Assembly (NCBI GenBank): GCA_021783725.1
Contig: JAJXTN010000004.1
Span: 12,178 to 76,177 of the forward strand
Length of the DNA: 64,000 nt
From: a bacterium
GTDB lineage: Bacteria; Patescibacteriota; Saccharimonadia; Saccharimonadales; UBA4665
Reading direction: 5' to 3'
Shown here: positions 1 to 8,070 of the stretch, piece after piece
Layout of the letters: each line of letters starts with the position of its first letter
Numbering within the stretch: position 1 is the first letter of the stretch
Notes under the pieces: generated by a model
What the model saw: only the letters and a program-made list of their open reading frames with translations
The model's database searches: none
Told to the model about the DNA's origin: nothing
Program-made: the position numbers and the translations under genes

Positions 1-989
1 CGACCGTCTGGACGAACACCGTCTTTAACGATACCTTTGCGAACGTCTTTGTGGACTGCCAGCTGGAAAGCTTCATCGTACTCAGCTTTAGCCCCAACAT
101 ATTCTTCACCAATCTTATCGGCGAAAGCGGTGTGCATTTGATCTCGTAAATTCTGGATTAAAGCGTTGCGCTCTGGATATGGAAGTCGCAAGTCTTCGCC
201 GAGTTGACCTTCCAGCCACTCATCGACAGCTTTCTGGACAGCCGGGTCGGGCAAATCAAGTTCGTATTCTTGCTTGGTAACGCCGATTTTCTTAACCAAC
301 TGTTCCTGGAGTGTAATCGCTGGTTGCATAGCTTTGAAAGCATAGTCGATGGCTTCAATGACTTGAGCCTCAGTAACTTCATTAGCTCCAGCCTCAACCA
401 TCATGACACCGTCTTTAGTGCCAGCGACAACGAGGTCGAGCGCACCTTCATCAAGCTGTTCAGCCGATGCGAAAGCCGTGTACTTACCGTCTACTAAGCC
501 AACACGCAGGCCGGCAACTGGCCCTTCGTAAGGAGCACCGGTTAGCATCAAAGCCGAGCTTAAGGCAATCATCGCTACCATATCAGGTCGAAATGCCGGA
601 TCCATGCTCAGGACTGTAGCCACGGCCTGAACTTCGTGTCGATAACCTTTAGGCCACAACGGACGAATTGGGCGGTCAATCAATCGACCAATCAAGATAG
701 CATCATCACTCGGACGACCTTCACGTTTGATGAAACGGCTGCCACTAACCTTGCCGGCGGCGTACATTTTCTCTTCATAATCAATACTTAGTGGGAAATA
801 GTCCATGCCAGAAATGCGGTTCGGGCTGACCATGGCTGTACCGAGCACGACTGTATCGCCGTAACGGGCGATGACTGAAGCTGAGGTCCTGAAACCAACT
901 CGACCAACTTCCAGGCTAAGCGTTCGACCGCATAGCTCAGTTTCGACTTTAATAATTTCTTTACCTAATGGATTGATAGTTTGTCCCAT
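1..989 (-). CDS. pnp: Polyribonucleotide nucleotidyltransferase (PNPase), 5' part; runs off the window start
   Basis: Not in the ORF track (open-ended). Manual translation from ATG 989: MGQTINPLGKEIIKVETELCGRTLSLEVGRVG...YGDTVVLGTA...DYFPLSIDYEEKMYAAGKVSGSRFIKREGRPSDDAILIGRLIDRPIRPLWP, the RNase PH domain 1 signature. Lies downstream of rpsO (conserved order). Confidence 0.97.
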   Translation of the reverse strand, partial: MGQTINPLGKEIIKVETELCGRTLSLEVGRVGFRTSASVIARYGDTVVLGTAMVSPNRISGMDYFPLSIDYEEKMYAAGKVSGSRFIKREGRPSDDAILIGRLIDRPIRPLWPKGYRHEVQAVATVLSMDPAFRPDMVAMIALSSALMLTGAPYEGPVAGLRVGLVDGKYTAFASAEQLDEGALDLVVAGTKDGVMMVEAGANEVTEAQVIEAIDYAFKAMQPAITLQEQLVKKIGVTKQEYELDLPDPAVQKAVDEWLEGQLGEDLRLPYPERNALIQNLRDQMHTAFADKIGEEYVGAKAEYDEAFQLAVHKDVRKGIVKDGVRPDG

Positions 990-1126
990 ATGAAGGTACC
1001 TTTCTGTATCTAGAGTTATCTCGCCAGGGTTCAAATATATGGCGCTCCCCTTGTGCTAAATAAGGGTGCTATATATCTGCGTCTCTACCGAGATAGACTT
1101 CTAAGATGTTTAATGTGCACAAGCTT

Positions 1127-1149
1127 CGTCTATCGATTTTCGATAGACG
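1127..1149. repeat. Perfect hairpin CGTCTATCGA-ttt-TCGATAGACG in the rpsO-pnp spacer
   Basis: 10-bp perfect inverted repeat read directly. Confidence 0.8.
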
Positions 1150-1164
1150 TTGTCTATGCGCAAA

Positions 1165-1253
1165 AGGGGTTTTCAGAAATAGTGCAGTTTGTGCCATTAC
1201 GATGAGCATCGGAGCGCAAAGTTTGGTGCAAAATGTGCATTTCTGGGAACCCT
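1165..1253. repeat. Long imperfect palindrome just after the rpsO stop
   Basis: Arms AGGGGTTTTCAGAAAT / ATTTCTGGGAACCCT around a central CGATGAGCATCG palindrome. Confidence 0.6.
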
Positions 1254-1255
1254 CC

Positions 1256-1522
1256 CTAGCGGCGGATGCCGAGTTTCTTGATTAGGTCTAGGTAAGCTTG
1301 GCTATCACGTTCAGCAATATAAGCCAGCAAGCGTCGGCGCTTACCGACCATCTGCAATAGACCGCGTCGAGCGGCAAAGTCATGCTTGTTAATCTTCAGA
1401 TGTTCAGTCAATTCTTTGATGCGTTCAGTCAGAACAGCTACCTGGGCACTAGAGCCACCGGTGTCTTTAGCGTGGGCCTGCGCGCTTTTAATGGCGGCGG
1501 TTTTCTTCTCGGTTGTAATCAT
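1256..1522 (-). CDS. rpsO: 30S ribosomal protein S15
   Basis: DTGGSSAQVAVLTERIKELTEHLKINKHDFAARRGLLQMVGKRRRLL S15 signature; ATG 1522 preferred over TTG 1528. Confidence 0.98.
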   Translation of the reverse strand: MITTEKKTAAIKSAQAHAKDTGGSSAQVAVLTERIKELTEHLKINKHDFAARRGLLQMVGKRRRLLAYIAERDSQAYLDLIKKLGIRR

Positions 1523-1530
1523 GTTCAAGT

Positions 1531-1559
1531 ATTTTATCAGATACCGACCCCTTATGCAA
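1531..1559 (-). promoter_or_regulatory. sigma70-type promoter of rpsO (TTGCAT-17-TAAAAT, 8 nt before ATG)
   Basis: Minus strand reads cTTGCATaaggggtcggtatctgaTAAAATacttgaacATG. Confidence 0.65.
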
Positions 1560-1598
1560 GTCCTAAATATCTAAAATGTATTCAAGTGCTTTGAATGT

Positions 1599-1886
1599 TT
1601 AAGCCCGGTGGCGAAAGCTACTAGGCAAGGGACCGGTGTTGGGCTTTCGGTCAGATCGATATCCGACCTCTACGGTTTGAAGGGTGCTAGATTGACCGGT
1701 CCTGGGTGCTGGAATATCTGGACTTAAGCCGGTGGCTAATATTACGGCCATGCCAGCCATACCAAGAGCGACAACCCTAGAAGCAAAACCATCGGCGACC
1801 GCCGGCATTTGATCCATAACTTGTTTGCTGGGTTGTCCAGTCATTAAGTCAATTACTTCAAATTGCCTTCTGTCACTCATGTGCAA
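1599..1886 (-). CDS. Hypothetical protein with one hydrophobic segment
   Basis: 95-aa ORF filling the truB-rpsO gap on the same strand; no family recognised. Confidence 0.5.
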   Translation of the reverse strand: MHMSDRRQFEVIDLMTGQPSKQVMDQMPAVADGFASRVVALGMAGMAVILATGLSPDIPAPRTGQSSTLQTVEVGYRSDRKPNTGPLPSSFRHRA

Positions 1887-2753
1887 TTATTGTAGACTAG
1901 TCTGTAAATTTTTGGCAATCATGTCAGCATCTAATTTGTCGGTACCAATAGCCTCATCGATGAGATACTTACCTACTCGGATTCGTCGCAATTCAACAGT
2001 ATATGCACCAGTATTAAGTATTTTACCGATGTCTTCTACTAGCGTGCGGATATAAGTACCAGATGACACGTCAACCGTGAACTTCACCTCTGGATAGTTG
2101 TAGTCGTTAATCTGTAAGCTGTTAATTGATACCGTTCGCGGTTCGATTACTACTTGCTTACCTTCTCTGGCTAGTTTGTAGGCGCGTTGGCCATCAATCT
2201 TGATAGCCGAATAGGCTGGTGGCACCTGCTGAATAGCCCCCTTGAACTGTTTGGTTGCTTTTTCTACCTCATCTCGGGTGGGAATGACTATGTCATCTCG
2301 AGCTTGTCGAGAGATCTGTTCGGATTTACTATAGATCTCTCCACTCTGGTCGAGATGACGAGGCGCAAGTTCTGCATGACTAATAAAATCTGTGATTTCA
2401 CCTTCTGGGTCGCCAGTGGTGCTAGTTTTACCTAAACGCATGGTTACTTCGTAAGTTTTGTTTAGTTTCGATAGTTCGCCGGCTCGTTTGGTATAGTCTT
2501 TGCCTATTAAAAGTACTAATAATCCGGTAGCAAATGGATCAAGCGTGCCAGTGTGGCCGACTTTTACCTTCGGTAAACGAGTTGAAAGTTTGAAAGTTTC
2601 CCAGTCTAAGGTTATCTCGGCTTTTTCGCTTTTAGCTTTACGAACTTGATAACTTTCAACTACAGCGGCTTGTCGCGCAATCTGGCGTACGTAATTAACC
2701 ACGTCGAAACTTGTCCAACCGGCCGGTTTATCAACTAATAGCAGTCCTTGCAT
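1887..2753 (-). CDS. truB: tRNA pseudouridine(55) synthase TruB with two in-frame repeat-derived insertions
   Basis: GLLLVDKPAGWTSFDVV, KVGHTGTLDPFATGLL, QVPPAYSAIKIDGQRAYKLAR, VSSGTYIRTL; start MQGLL at 2753 follows TAAACT-7nt. Confidence 0.97.
   Translation of the reverse strand: MQGLLLVDKPAGWTSFDVVNYVRQIARQAAVVESYQVRKAKSEKAEITLDWETFKLSTRLPKVKVGHTGTLDPFATGLLVLLIGKDYTKRAGELSKLNKTYEVTMRLGKTSTTGDPEGEITDFISHAELAPRHLDQSGEIYSKSEQISRQARDDIVIPTRDEVEKATKQFKGAIQQVPPAYSAIKIDGQRAYKLAREGKQVVIEPRTVSINSLQINDYNYPEVKFTVDVSSGTYIRTLVEDIGKILNTGAYTVELRRIRVGKYLIDEAIGTDKLDADMIAKNLQTSLQ
2292..2359. repeat. Family-A palindromic element (GTCATCTCGAG...TCGAGATGAC) inside the truB CDS
   Basis: TGTCATCTCGAGCTTGTCGAGAGATC is identical (reverse complement) to the right arm of the intergenic copy at 22205-22282. 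Confidence 0.9.
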
Positions 2754-2863
2754 AAAATTAAGTTTAACCCAAGAGGGCAAAAAGACAGACGCGACGGGCA
2801 AAAAGACAGCATTTAGCAATTTGCAAATTGCTCATTGCTAATCGTAGTTTGTCACCTGTTGTT

Positions 2864-4459
2864 TTAGGCGCTGGGCGGTCGAAACTGAAACGGAATCGGT
2901 GGTGGCACTGGTGGTGGCGCATTAGGATCATTGACTTCTGGCGGTGGAATCGTTGGCTCAGTGTTATGCAGTATATCGCCTAGTGGTTGAGCGTTTAGAG
3001 CTTGGATTGGTTCAGGGGTGCTACTAGGTACTGAATTTAGGGCTTGATTTACTTGATCTCTGGCGTCTTCTAAGTTGGCTTCGGCCGCCACATGTGGACT
3101 GTGCACTGATTCTTCTAAATCGGTTAGTGTTTCGTCGGAAGTATCATCGGCTAAGATTTTCAAACCGCTAGTGTCACCAATTGGGGCCGCCCAAGCTGGT
3201 GGTGGCGGTGAGAAGTCCGGCATTGCTGGCATTGGTGGCAATGGCTTGTCGGCTGGAGATGCTGTAAGAGGTTCCGGCGATTGGTCTGATGAAGTTGTAG
3301 CCGGTGGCTGTATCGATTCGGCCTGATCGGTACTAGGCATCGACTGCGACGGACTGTGGTCCAACATTTTACCTTGCGGTGCATAACCCATACTTAATGG
3401 GTCAACGGCGGGGTCGAGCCCTTCGGGCTGAGAATTAGCCGTCAATACCCCGCCCATGGTTGGCGCTGAAGTCATCAATCTTGAGCCGGGCGAAAGATTC
3501 TCGGAAGCCGGTTCGTCGGATTGCTCGGGCGGTTTCGATTCATCCAAACTCGGTAGTTTCAAATCTGGCAATTGATCCATTAGCGAAGGGTTGGATGGAA
3601 TCTCCGTGGCATTAGAATTATGACTTATGGCAAGGGTGCCGTCATCGGACTTAGTCGAACTATCATTGAGCGTTACTAGATCTTGCGATTCGTCGGTCGA
3701 TACGATTGACAAGCTACCCGATTCTTCGAGCTTAGTCGCAACCAATTGCTGATTAGCCCCGGCGGTCATTAAGGTCGCACTAACACTCATAGTCTGCGAA
3801 CTGGTCTTCTGATTACTGAACCGATTGGTTTCAGCCACAATACCAGTCAGTAAAGCGGTAGCAATTTGGGCATCAATCAAATTAGCGCCTAATTTACTAG
3901 CTAGGTCAGCCACAAGTTCGCCTAGGCTACTAGCTTGAGCGTCTGTCCAATTAAGACTACCTAACTCACCGCCTGTGACAGTGTTGATGCTGATGACTGT
4001 GGCATCATGAAGAATTCGCCCATGAGTGGTGATTGCCTCATCAAGATCCTCTTGTTTTAGTACACCCAAAGCAACAACAGCATCGACATTAAAATCACCT
4101 TGGCTAAAATCTAAATCATCTTGGGTGATTGATGTTCTATAAGGAGTAATGAATATTCTGACGACATTATCTTCAACTTTATAGCGCAGTTTGTCGGCTT
4201 TGGACTTATCTAGGGCAATTATGAAATCGCGCAATGAATCGGTGTTCTTCTCTAAAGTATCGCTCGGCTGGAGAAATTCAATCGTCGACGGTACTTGGCC
4301 ACTAAAAACAGCGGCCGTATGTTTGCCTAGCTTATTCAATAACAGAGTTAGTCCGATACAAGCCGACAGTTGGTCGACCGACGGGTTGCGACTAACCGTC
4401 ACCAATATATTATTGGCGGTCTTGAGTTTATCAGCAATCTCAGTTTTTACATTTTCCAT
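2864..4459 (-). CDS. Degenerate DHH/NrnA-like phosphoesterase domain plus long Pro/Ser/Asp-rich disordered tail
   Basis: ILVTVSRNPSVDQLSACIGL and ATALLTGIVAETNRF resemble DHH motifs I and IV; the DHH motif itself is absent; lies upstream of truB like nrnA in many bacteria. Confidence 0.65.
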   Translation of the reverse strand: MENVKTEIADKLKTANNILVTVSRNPSVDQLSACIGLTLLLNKLGKHTAAVFSGQVPSTIEFLQPSDTLEKNTDSLRDFIIALDKSKADKLRYKVEDNVVRIFITPYRTSITQDDLDFSQGDFNVDAVVALGVLKQEDLDEAITTHGRILHDATVISINTVTGGELGSLNWTDAQASSLGELVADLASKLGANLIDAQIATALLTGIVAETNRFSNQKTSSQTMSVSATLMTAGANQQLVATKLEESGSLSIVSTDESQDLVTLNDSSTKSDDGTLAISHNSNATEIPSNPSLMDQLPDLKLPSLDESKPPEQSDEPASENLSPGSRLMTSAPTMGGVLTANSQPEGLDPAVDPLSMGYAPQGKMLDHSPSQSMPSTDQAESIQPPATTSSDQSPEPLTASPADKPLPPMPAMPDFSPPPPAWAAPIGDTSGLKILADDTSDETLTDLEESVHSPHVAAEANLEDARDQVNQALNSVPSSTPEPIQALNAQPLGDILHNTEPTIPPPEVNDPNAPPPVPPPIPFQFRPPSA

Positions 4460-4659
4460 AAAGATTTTTGTTTAGGCTTATCTTCTGACAATGTATCATA
4501 AACGCTCATGTTTAGCAATCTTCGATACTTCTATTAGAATCAGGTATTGGCCTAACAGCCTTCAAGCTAATGTATGCCGACCTTGGCCCTGGCTTTACAA
4601 AGCTAAATCACCCCTGTATAGTTGGTACCAATAATCATTAGTTATAAGCAAGGAAATAT

Positions 4660-5004
4660 ATGCCGATTATCAAATCAGCTAAAAAGCGCGTCAAAACAGC
4701 TCGAAAAGCTACTACTCGTAACAGCAAAACTAAGCGTAGTCTAAAAAGTGCATTCAAGCTTTTCACTAAAAGCCCTAGCGCTAAAACCCACAGTGCCGCC
4801 CAGAGCAACCTCGACAAAGCCGTCAAGAAAGGTCTAATTCACAAGAACAAAGCCGCTCGCCTCAAGAAACAAGCTTCGGCTAAAGCTAAGTCGGCTGGTG
4901 TCAAACACACCGCTGTCAAAAAAGCCGTTCCCGCAAAAGCTACACCTAAAAAAGTTGTCGCCAAGAAACCTGTCGCTAAGAAGACCACTGCTAAGAAAAA
5001 ATAG
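4660..5004 (+). CDS. rpsT: 30S ribosomal protein S20 with Lys/Ala-rich C-terminal extension
   Basis: MPIIKSAKKRVK...LDKAVKKGLIHKNKAARLK; SD AAGGA; convergent with holA. Confidence 0.95.
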   Translation: MPIIKSAKKRVKTARKATTRNSKTKRSLKSAFKLFTKSPSAKTHSAAQSNLDKAVKKGLIHKNKAARLKKQASAKAKSAGVKHTAVKKAVPAKATPKKVVAKKPVAKKTTAKKK

Positions 5005-5017
5005 TCTGTTAGTTGGA

Positions 5018-5094
5018 TAGTTAAATAGTGAGATAGTAAACCGCAGAAATGCTGGCGTACTATACGACTATAAAACTATCCCACTATTTAACTA
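5018..5094. terminator. Long hairpin of inverted 8-mer tandem arrays between convergent rpsT and holA
   Basis: TAGTTAAATAGTGAGATAGT (5018-5037) pairs with ACTATCCCACTATTTAACTA (5075-5094) at 19/20. Confidence 0.6.
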
Positions 5095-5108
5095 ATTATT
5101 TATTAAAG

Positions 5109-6032
5109 CTATTTTATTGATAGCTTTAATAAATAATTCTGCAAAGCTTCGTCACTGTCGATGTTTGAACTCTTAGAAGCAATATCGATAGCTAGTAGGT
5201 CGGCGATCAATTTTTTGAGCTGTCCGAGAGTTAATTGGGCGGCGACTGATTGACTTTTGCGGACTACAAAAGGATTTAACTTGGCATCGCTAGCGATTTG
5301 GTCAGCGCTAATATCACCGGCCGTTTTGATAATCGCTAAAATATGCAACTGCCAGGCCAGCATGGCTATAATTTGCGGAGTCTCAACTTTCAGAGCCCGC
5401 TGTTCTGAGTAGAGCTGGATGGCTTTCTTGGACTGGCCATTGAAAGCCGCTTCCAATAATTGGAAGATAGTACTCTGGGGTGTTTCGTCTACCAGCAAAT
5501 CGATAGTCCTACGAGTAACTTTCTCATCATATAACAGTAGTTTTTCGAGTTCATTACCAAGTAACTGCTGATTTAGACCAACCCGGTCGGCCAGATATCT
5601 AGCATCATTTAGATTCAGTTCCCCGCCCTTGGTTTTTGCTTGAGCAACCAACCACTGACTTAACCCATTAATATCTAACTCTTTATACTCTCGATAATTG
5701 GTTTTTGATTTTAGATACTTATAATAACTTAGTCGTTTATCAAGCTTAGTTTCAATAATGACGACGTCGTTAGTTTCGGGTAAGTTGGTCAATATTTGTT
5801 CAGCTCGGTCGGCAAATGACTTATTTTTACTCGGCGACCTTAGAATGACCAATTTTTTAGTTGATAGGAATGGTAAGCTGTTCAGCGCTTCTTCTATTTT
5901 CTCAATATCGGCTTCTTCGCCATCAATTCGTTCCAGAGCTAGATCACCATGCTCCTCAACGAATTTAGCAACCAGCTCATTTAGAGCAATTTGCCAACCA
6001 AAGCTATTGTCGCCGGCCAATGTAATAATCAT
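5109..6032 (-). CDS. holA: DNA polymerase III subunit delta
   Basis: SLPFLSTKKLVIL, LGNELEKLLLY, IFQLLEA; ~310 aa; next to rpsT. Confidence 0.92.
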   Translation of the reverse strand: MIITLAGDNSFGWQIALNELVAKFVEEHGDLALERIDGEEADIEKIEEALNSLPFLSTKKLVILRSPSKNKSFADRAEQILTNLPETNDVVIIETKLDKRLSYYKYLKSKTNYREYKELDINGLSQWLVAQAKTKGGELNLNDARYLADRVGLNQQLLGNELEKLLLYDEKVTRRTIDLLVDETPQSTIFQLLEAAFNGQSKKAIQLYSEQRALKVETPQIIAMLAWQLHILAIIKTAGDISADQIASDAKLNPFVVRKSQSVAAQLTLGQLKKLIADLLAIDIASKSSNIDSDEALQNYLLKLSIK

Positions 6033-6161
6033 GTTCACCTATTGTAGCAATCAATTAATATCAATTCGCTATTTCACAATCATTCATTATTATTTCCAGT
6101 TATCAATTAACCTCCCCGTAGTAAGCGCTAGCCATCCAGCCCCTTTTCATCCCAAGGCCAG

Positions 6162-6292
6162 GTCATCCCAGGCTTGACCTGGGATCTAATCGGTTATGGC
6201 GTCCTACGATCCAGCTACATAATATTAGATTCCAGATCAAGTCTGGAATGACGACGGACGTCTGGAAATGACGTAGAAGAGTCTGGAATGAC
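6162..6292. repeat. Family-B palindromic element (GTCATCCCAGGCTTGACCTGGGATC...GATTCCAGATCAAGTCTGGAATGAC) with two stuttered end copies
   Basis: 6162-6252 aligns end to end with the reverse complement of 55226-55318; extra GTCTGGA(A)ATGAC at 6260-6272 and 6281-6292. Confidence 0.9.
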
Positions 6293-6309
6293 AGGGAGAA
6301 TTAATTATT

Positions 6310-7191
6310 CTACGCAGTTAATCTGTGTTTTTGGCATTTGGGGCACAAGTGGGTACCCCGACCAGCGACTCGAGTTTTGACTATAACCGTCCCGCAGCGC
6401 GGACAAGACTGACCTTCCCGTCGAAACACTCTAGCAAAGTCCATATAACTACCCTTTTTACCTTCAGCATTAACGTAATTACGATCGGTCGAACCACCTT
6501 TTTCAATCGCCAAACGTAGTACGAATGTTAGTTCATCGTATAGTTTATGGATTTGATTGGGCTTCAAATCATTAACTATTGTAAGCGGGTGAATTTTTGC
6601 ACCCCACAAAGATTCATCGGCATATATATTACCAACGCCGGCCACGACGGTTTGGTCTAGTATGACAGCCTTGATATTACTCTTGGGACGTCGGAGTAAC
6701 CTTGTTTGTAAAGCTTTCCAGTCGAAACCATCAGCCAGCGGTTCAGGACCTAATTTTTTCATAAAATCCAAATCATCAACTTCTAAGGTTGGCAGTAGTC
6801 GCATCCAACCAAATTTACGTTGATCGTTAAAGAACAGCTGGCTAGAATCGACAAAATTGATTATTACTCGAGTGGATTTATCGGGTAACTTACCGATTAA
6901 TGAATCATTAGGATGACCGGCACCAAATCTTTGCTGTTGGCTACGAAACACCAATTGACCGGTCATTTTCAAATGTACTACTAGTGAATAATCGCTATCG
7001 AGATTAATGATTAGCGCTTTGCCGCGCCTTTTTATATCAATCACTTGGGCGCCAATCACAAAATTATCAACATCATGAACGGCATTGGGGAATGACTTGG
7101 CCCAATCATGACTAACGCTGGCGATTTGGCGCTTTGGCAATAAGCTCAATAAACCTATGCGCACAGTTTCAACCTCGGGTAGCTCTGGCAT
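6310..7191 (-). CDS. mutM: Formamidopyrimidine-DNA glycosylase / AP lyase
   Basis: N-terminal PELPEVE, HLKMTGQ, GVGNIYADE, zinc finger CPRC...CPKCQ. Confidence 0.98.
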   Translation of the reverse strand: MPELPEVETVRIGLLSLLPKRQIASVSHDWAKSFPNAVHDVDNFVIGAQVIDIKRRGKALIINLDSDYSLVVHLKMTGQLVFRSQQQRFGAGHPNDSLIGKLPDKSTRVIINFVDSSQLFFNDQRKFGWMRLLPTLEVDDLDFMKKLGPEPLADGFDWKALQTRLLRRPKSNIKAVILDQTVVAGVGNIYADESLWGAKIHPLTIVNDLKPNQIHKLYDELTFVLRLAIEKGGSTDRNYVNAEGKKGSYMDFARVFRREGQSCPRCGTVIVKTRVAGRGTHLCPKCQKHRLTA

Positions 7192-7242
7192 GAATCTATT
7201 CTAACAAGAATAAGTCTTATCACGACAGGCTATACTAGGTGA

Positions 7243-7479
7243 ATGGATAGTCTGCAACAAATAATCGGCGACCGCTTGCCCGCCCAACCACCAGAGGTCA
7301 AAATCATCAAACAATATGTAAAAGTCGAGTTCAACAGCGACGTTGAAGTGATGGTCCGTGATAAAGACATTGTTATTAGCATGAACAGTGCAGCTTTGGC
7401 CAATAGCCTGCGGTTGCGTGGTCAAAAAATTAAGGCTTTGTGTCAAACCGACAAACGATTAACTTTTCGACTCAGCTAA
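7243..7479 (+). CDS. Small protein, possibly DUF721/DciA-like
   Basis: DIVISMNSAALANSLRLRGQKIK resembles the DciA KH-like core; TATACT-6nt-ATG start. Confidence 0.5.
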   Translation: MDSLQQIIGDRLPAQPPEVKIIKQYVKVEFNSDVEVMVRDKDIVISMNSAALANSLRLRGQKIKALCQTDKRLTFRLS

Positions 7480-8037
7480 AAGCCGGTTAATATCGCTGAT
7501 AGCTTGTTCGGTACTACTAAAACGGACGGCTTTCATGCCAATATCGGTTGCGCCGATGCAGTAACGTTCTTGGTCATCCACAAACAAACAATCCTCAACA
7601 TCAACTCCCAAACGCTCGGCGATGACTTTATAAGCTTCCGGTTGAGGCTTAATATATCCCGATTCATAGGACAGAGCTACTGCATCAAATAAAGCTACTT
7701 GTTCTGGATTAAACATTTCACTTAGCCAGTTCTCGGCGGCATTACTGAGCATGCCGATTTTATATGTTGGCTTCAGAGTCTTTATGTAATTAAACAATTG
7801 GCTATCGGCGACGTGATCCTCAATTTGACGGTGGGCGTCATTGTTTGTCACACCGGCCAACGTAGCGACAGCTTCGATAAAATCATGATAACTTATTAAT
7901 CCAGCGTCGGATTGTTTGTTGAGATCAGTAGCGTCCTGTAGTAATTGTTTATCGTGGCCGAAGTATTTTGATTTAAATGGCAGCCAGCCATCACTAGTTA
8001 GCACACCGAAACAATCAAACACCACGGCTTTAATCAT
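7459..8037 (-). CDS. HAD-superfamily phosphatase
   Basis: IKAVVFDCFGVL, LSN, KP, LFVDD motifs. Confidence 0.9.
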   Translation of the reverse strand: MIKAVVFDCFGVLTSDGWLPFKSKYFGHDKQLLQDATDLNKQSDAGLISYHDFIEAVATLAGVTNNDAHRQIEDHVADSQLFNYIKTLKPTYKIGMLSNAAENWLSEMFNPEQVALFDAVALSYESGYIKPQPEAYKVIAERLGVDVEDCLFVDDQERYCIGATDIGMKAVRFSSTEQAISDINRLLAESKS

Positions 8038-8070
8038 ATATATATTATAGCCGTTCTAGTTAACCAATAG

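Noticed and set aside
6162..6292. Repeated GTCTGGAATGAC units as a CRISPR array
   Set aside because: Units are 12-13 nt with 7-8 nt gaps and belong to a dispersed palindromic family; no cas genes recognised in the window.
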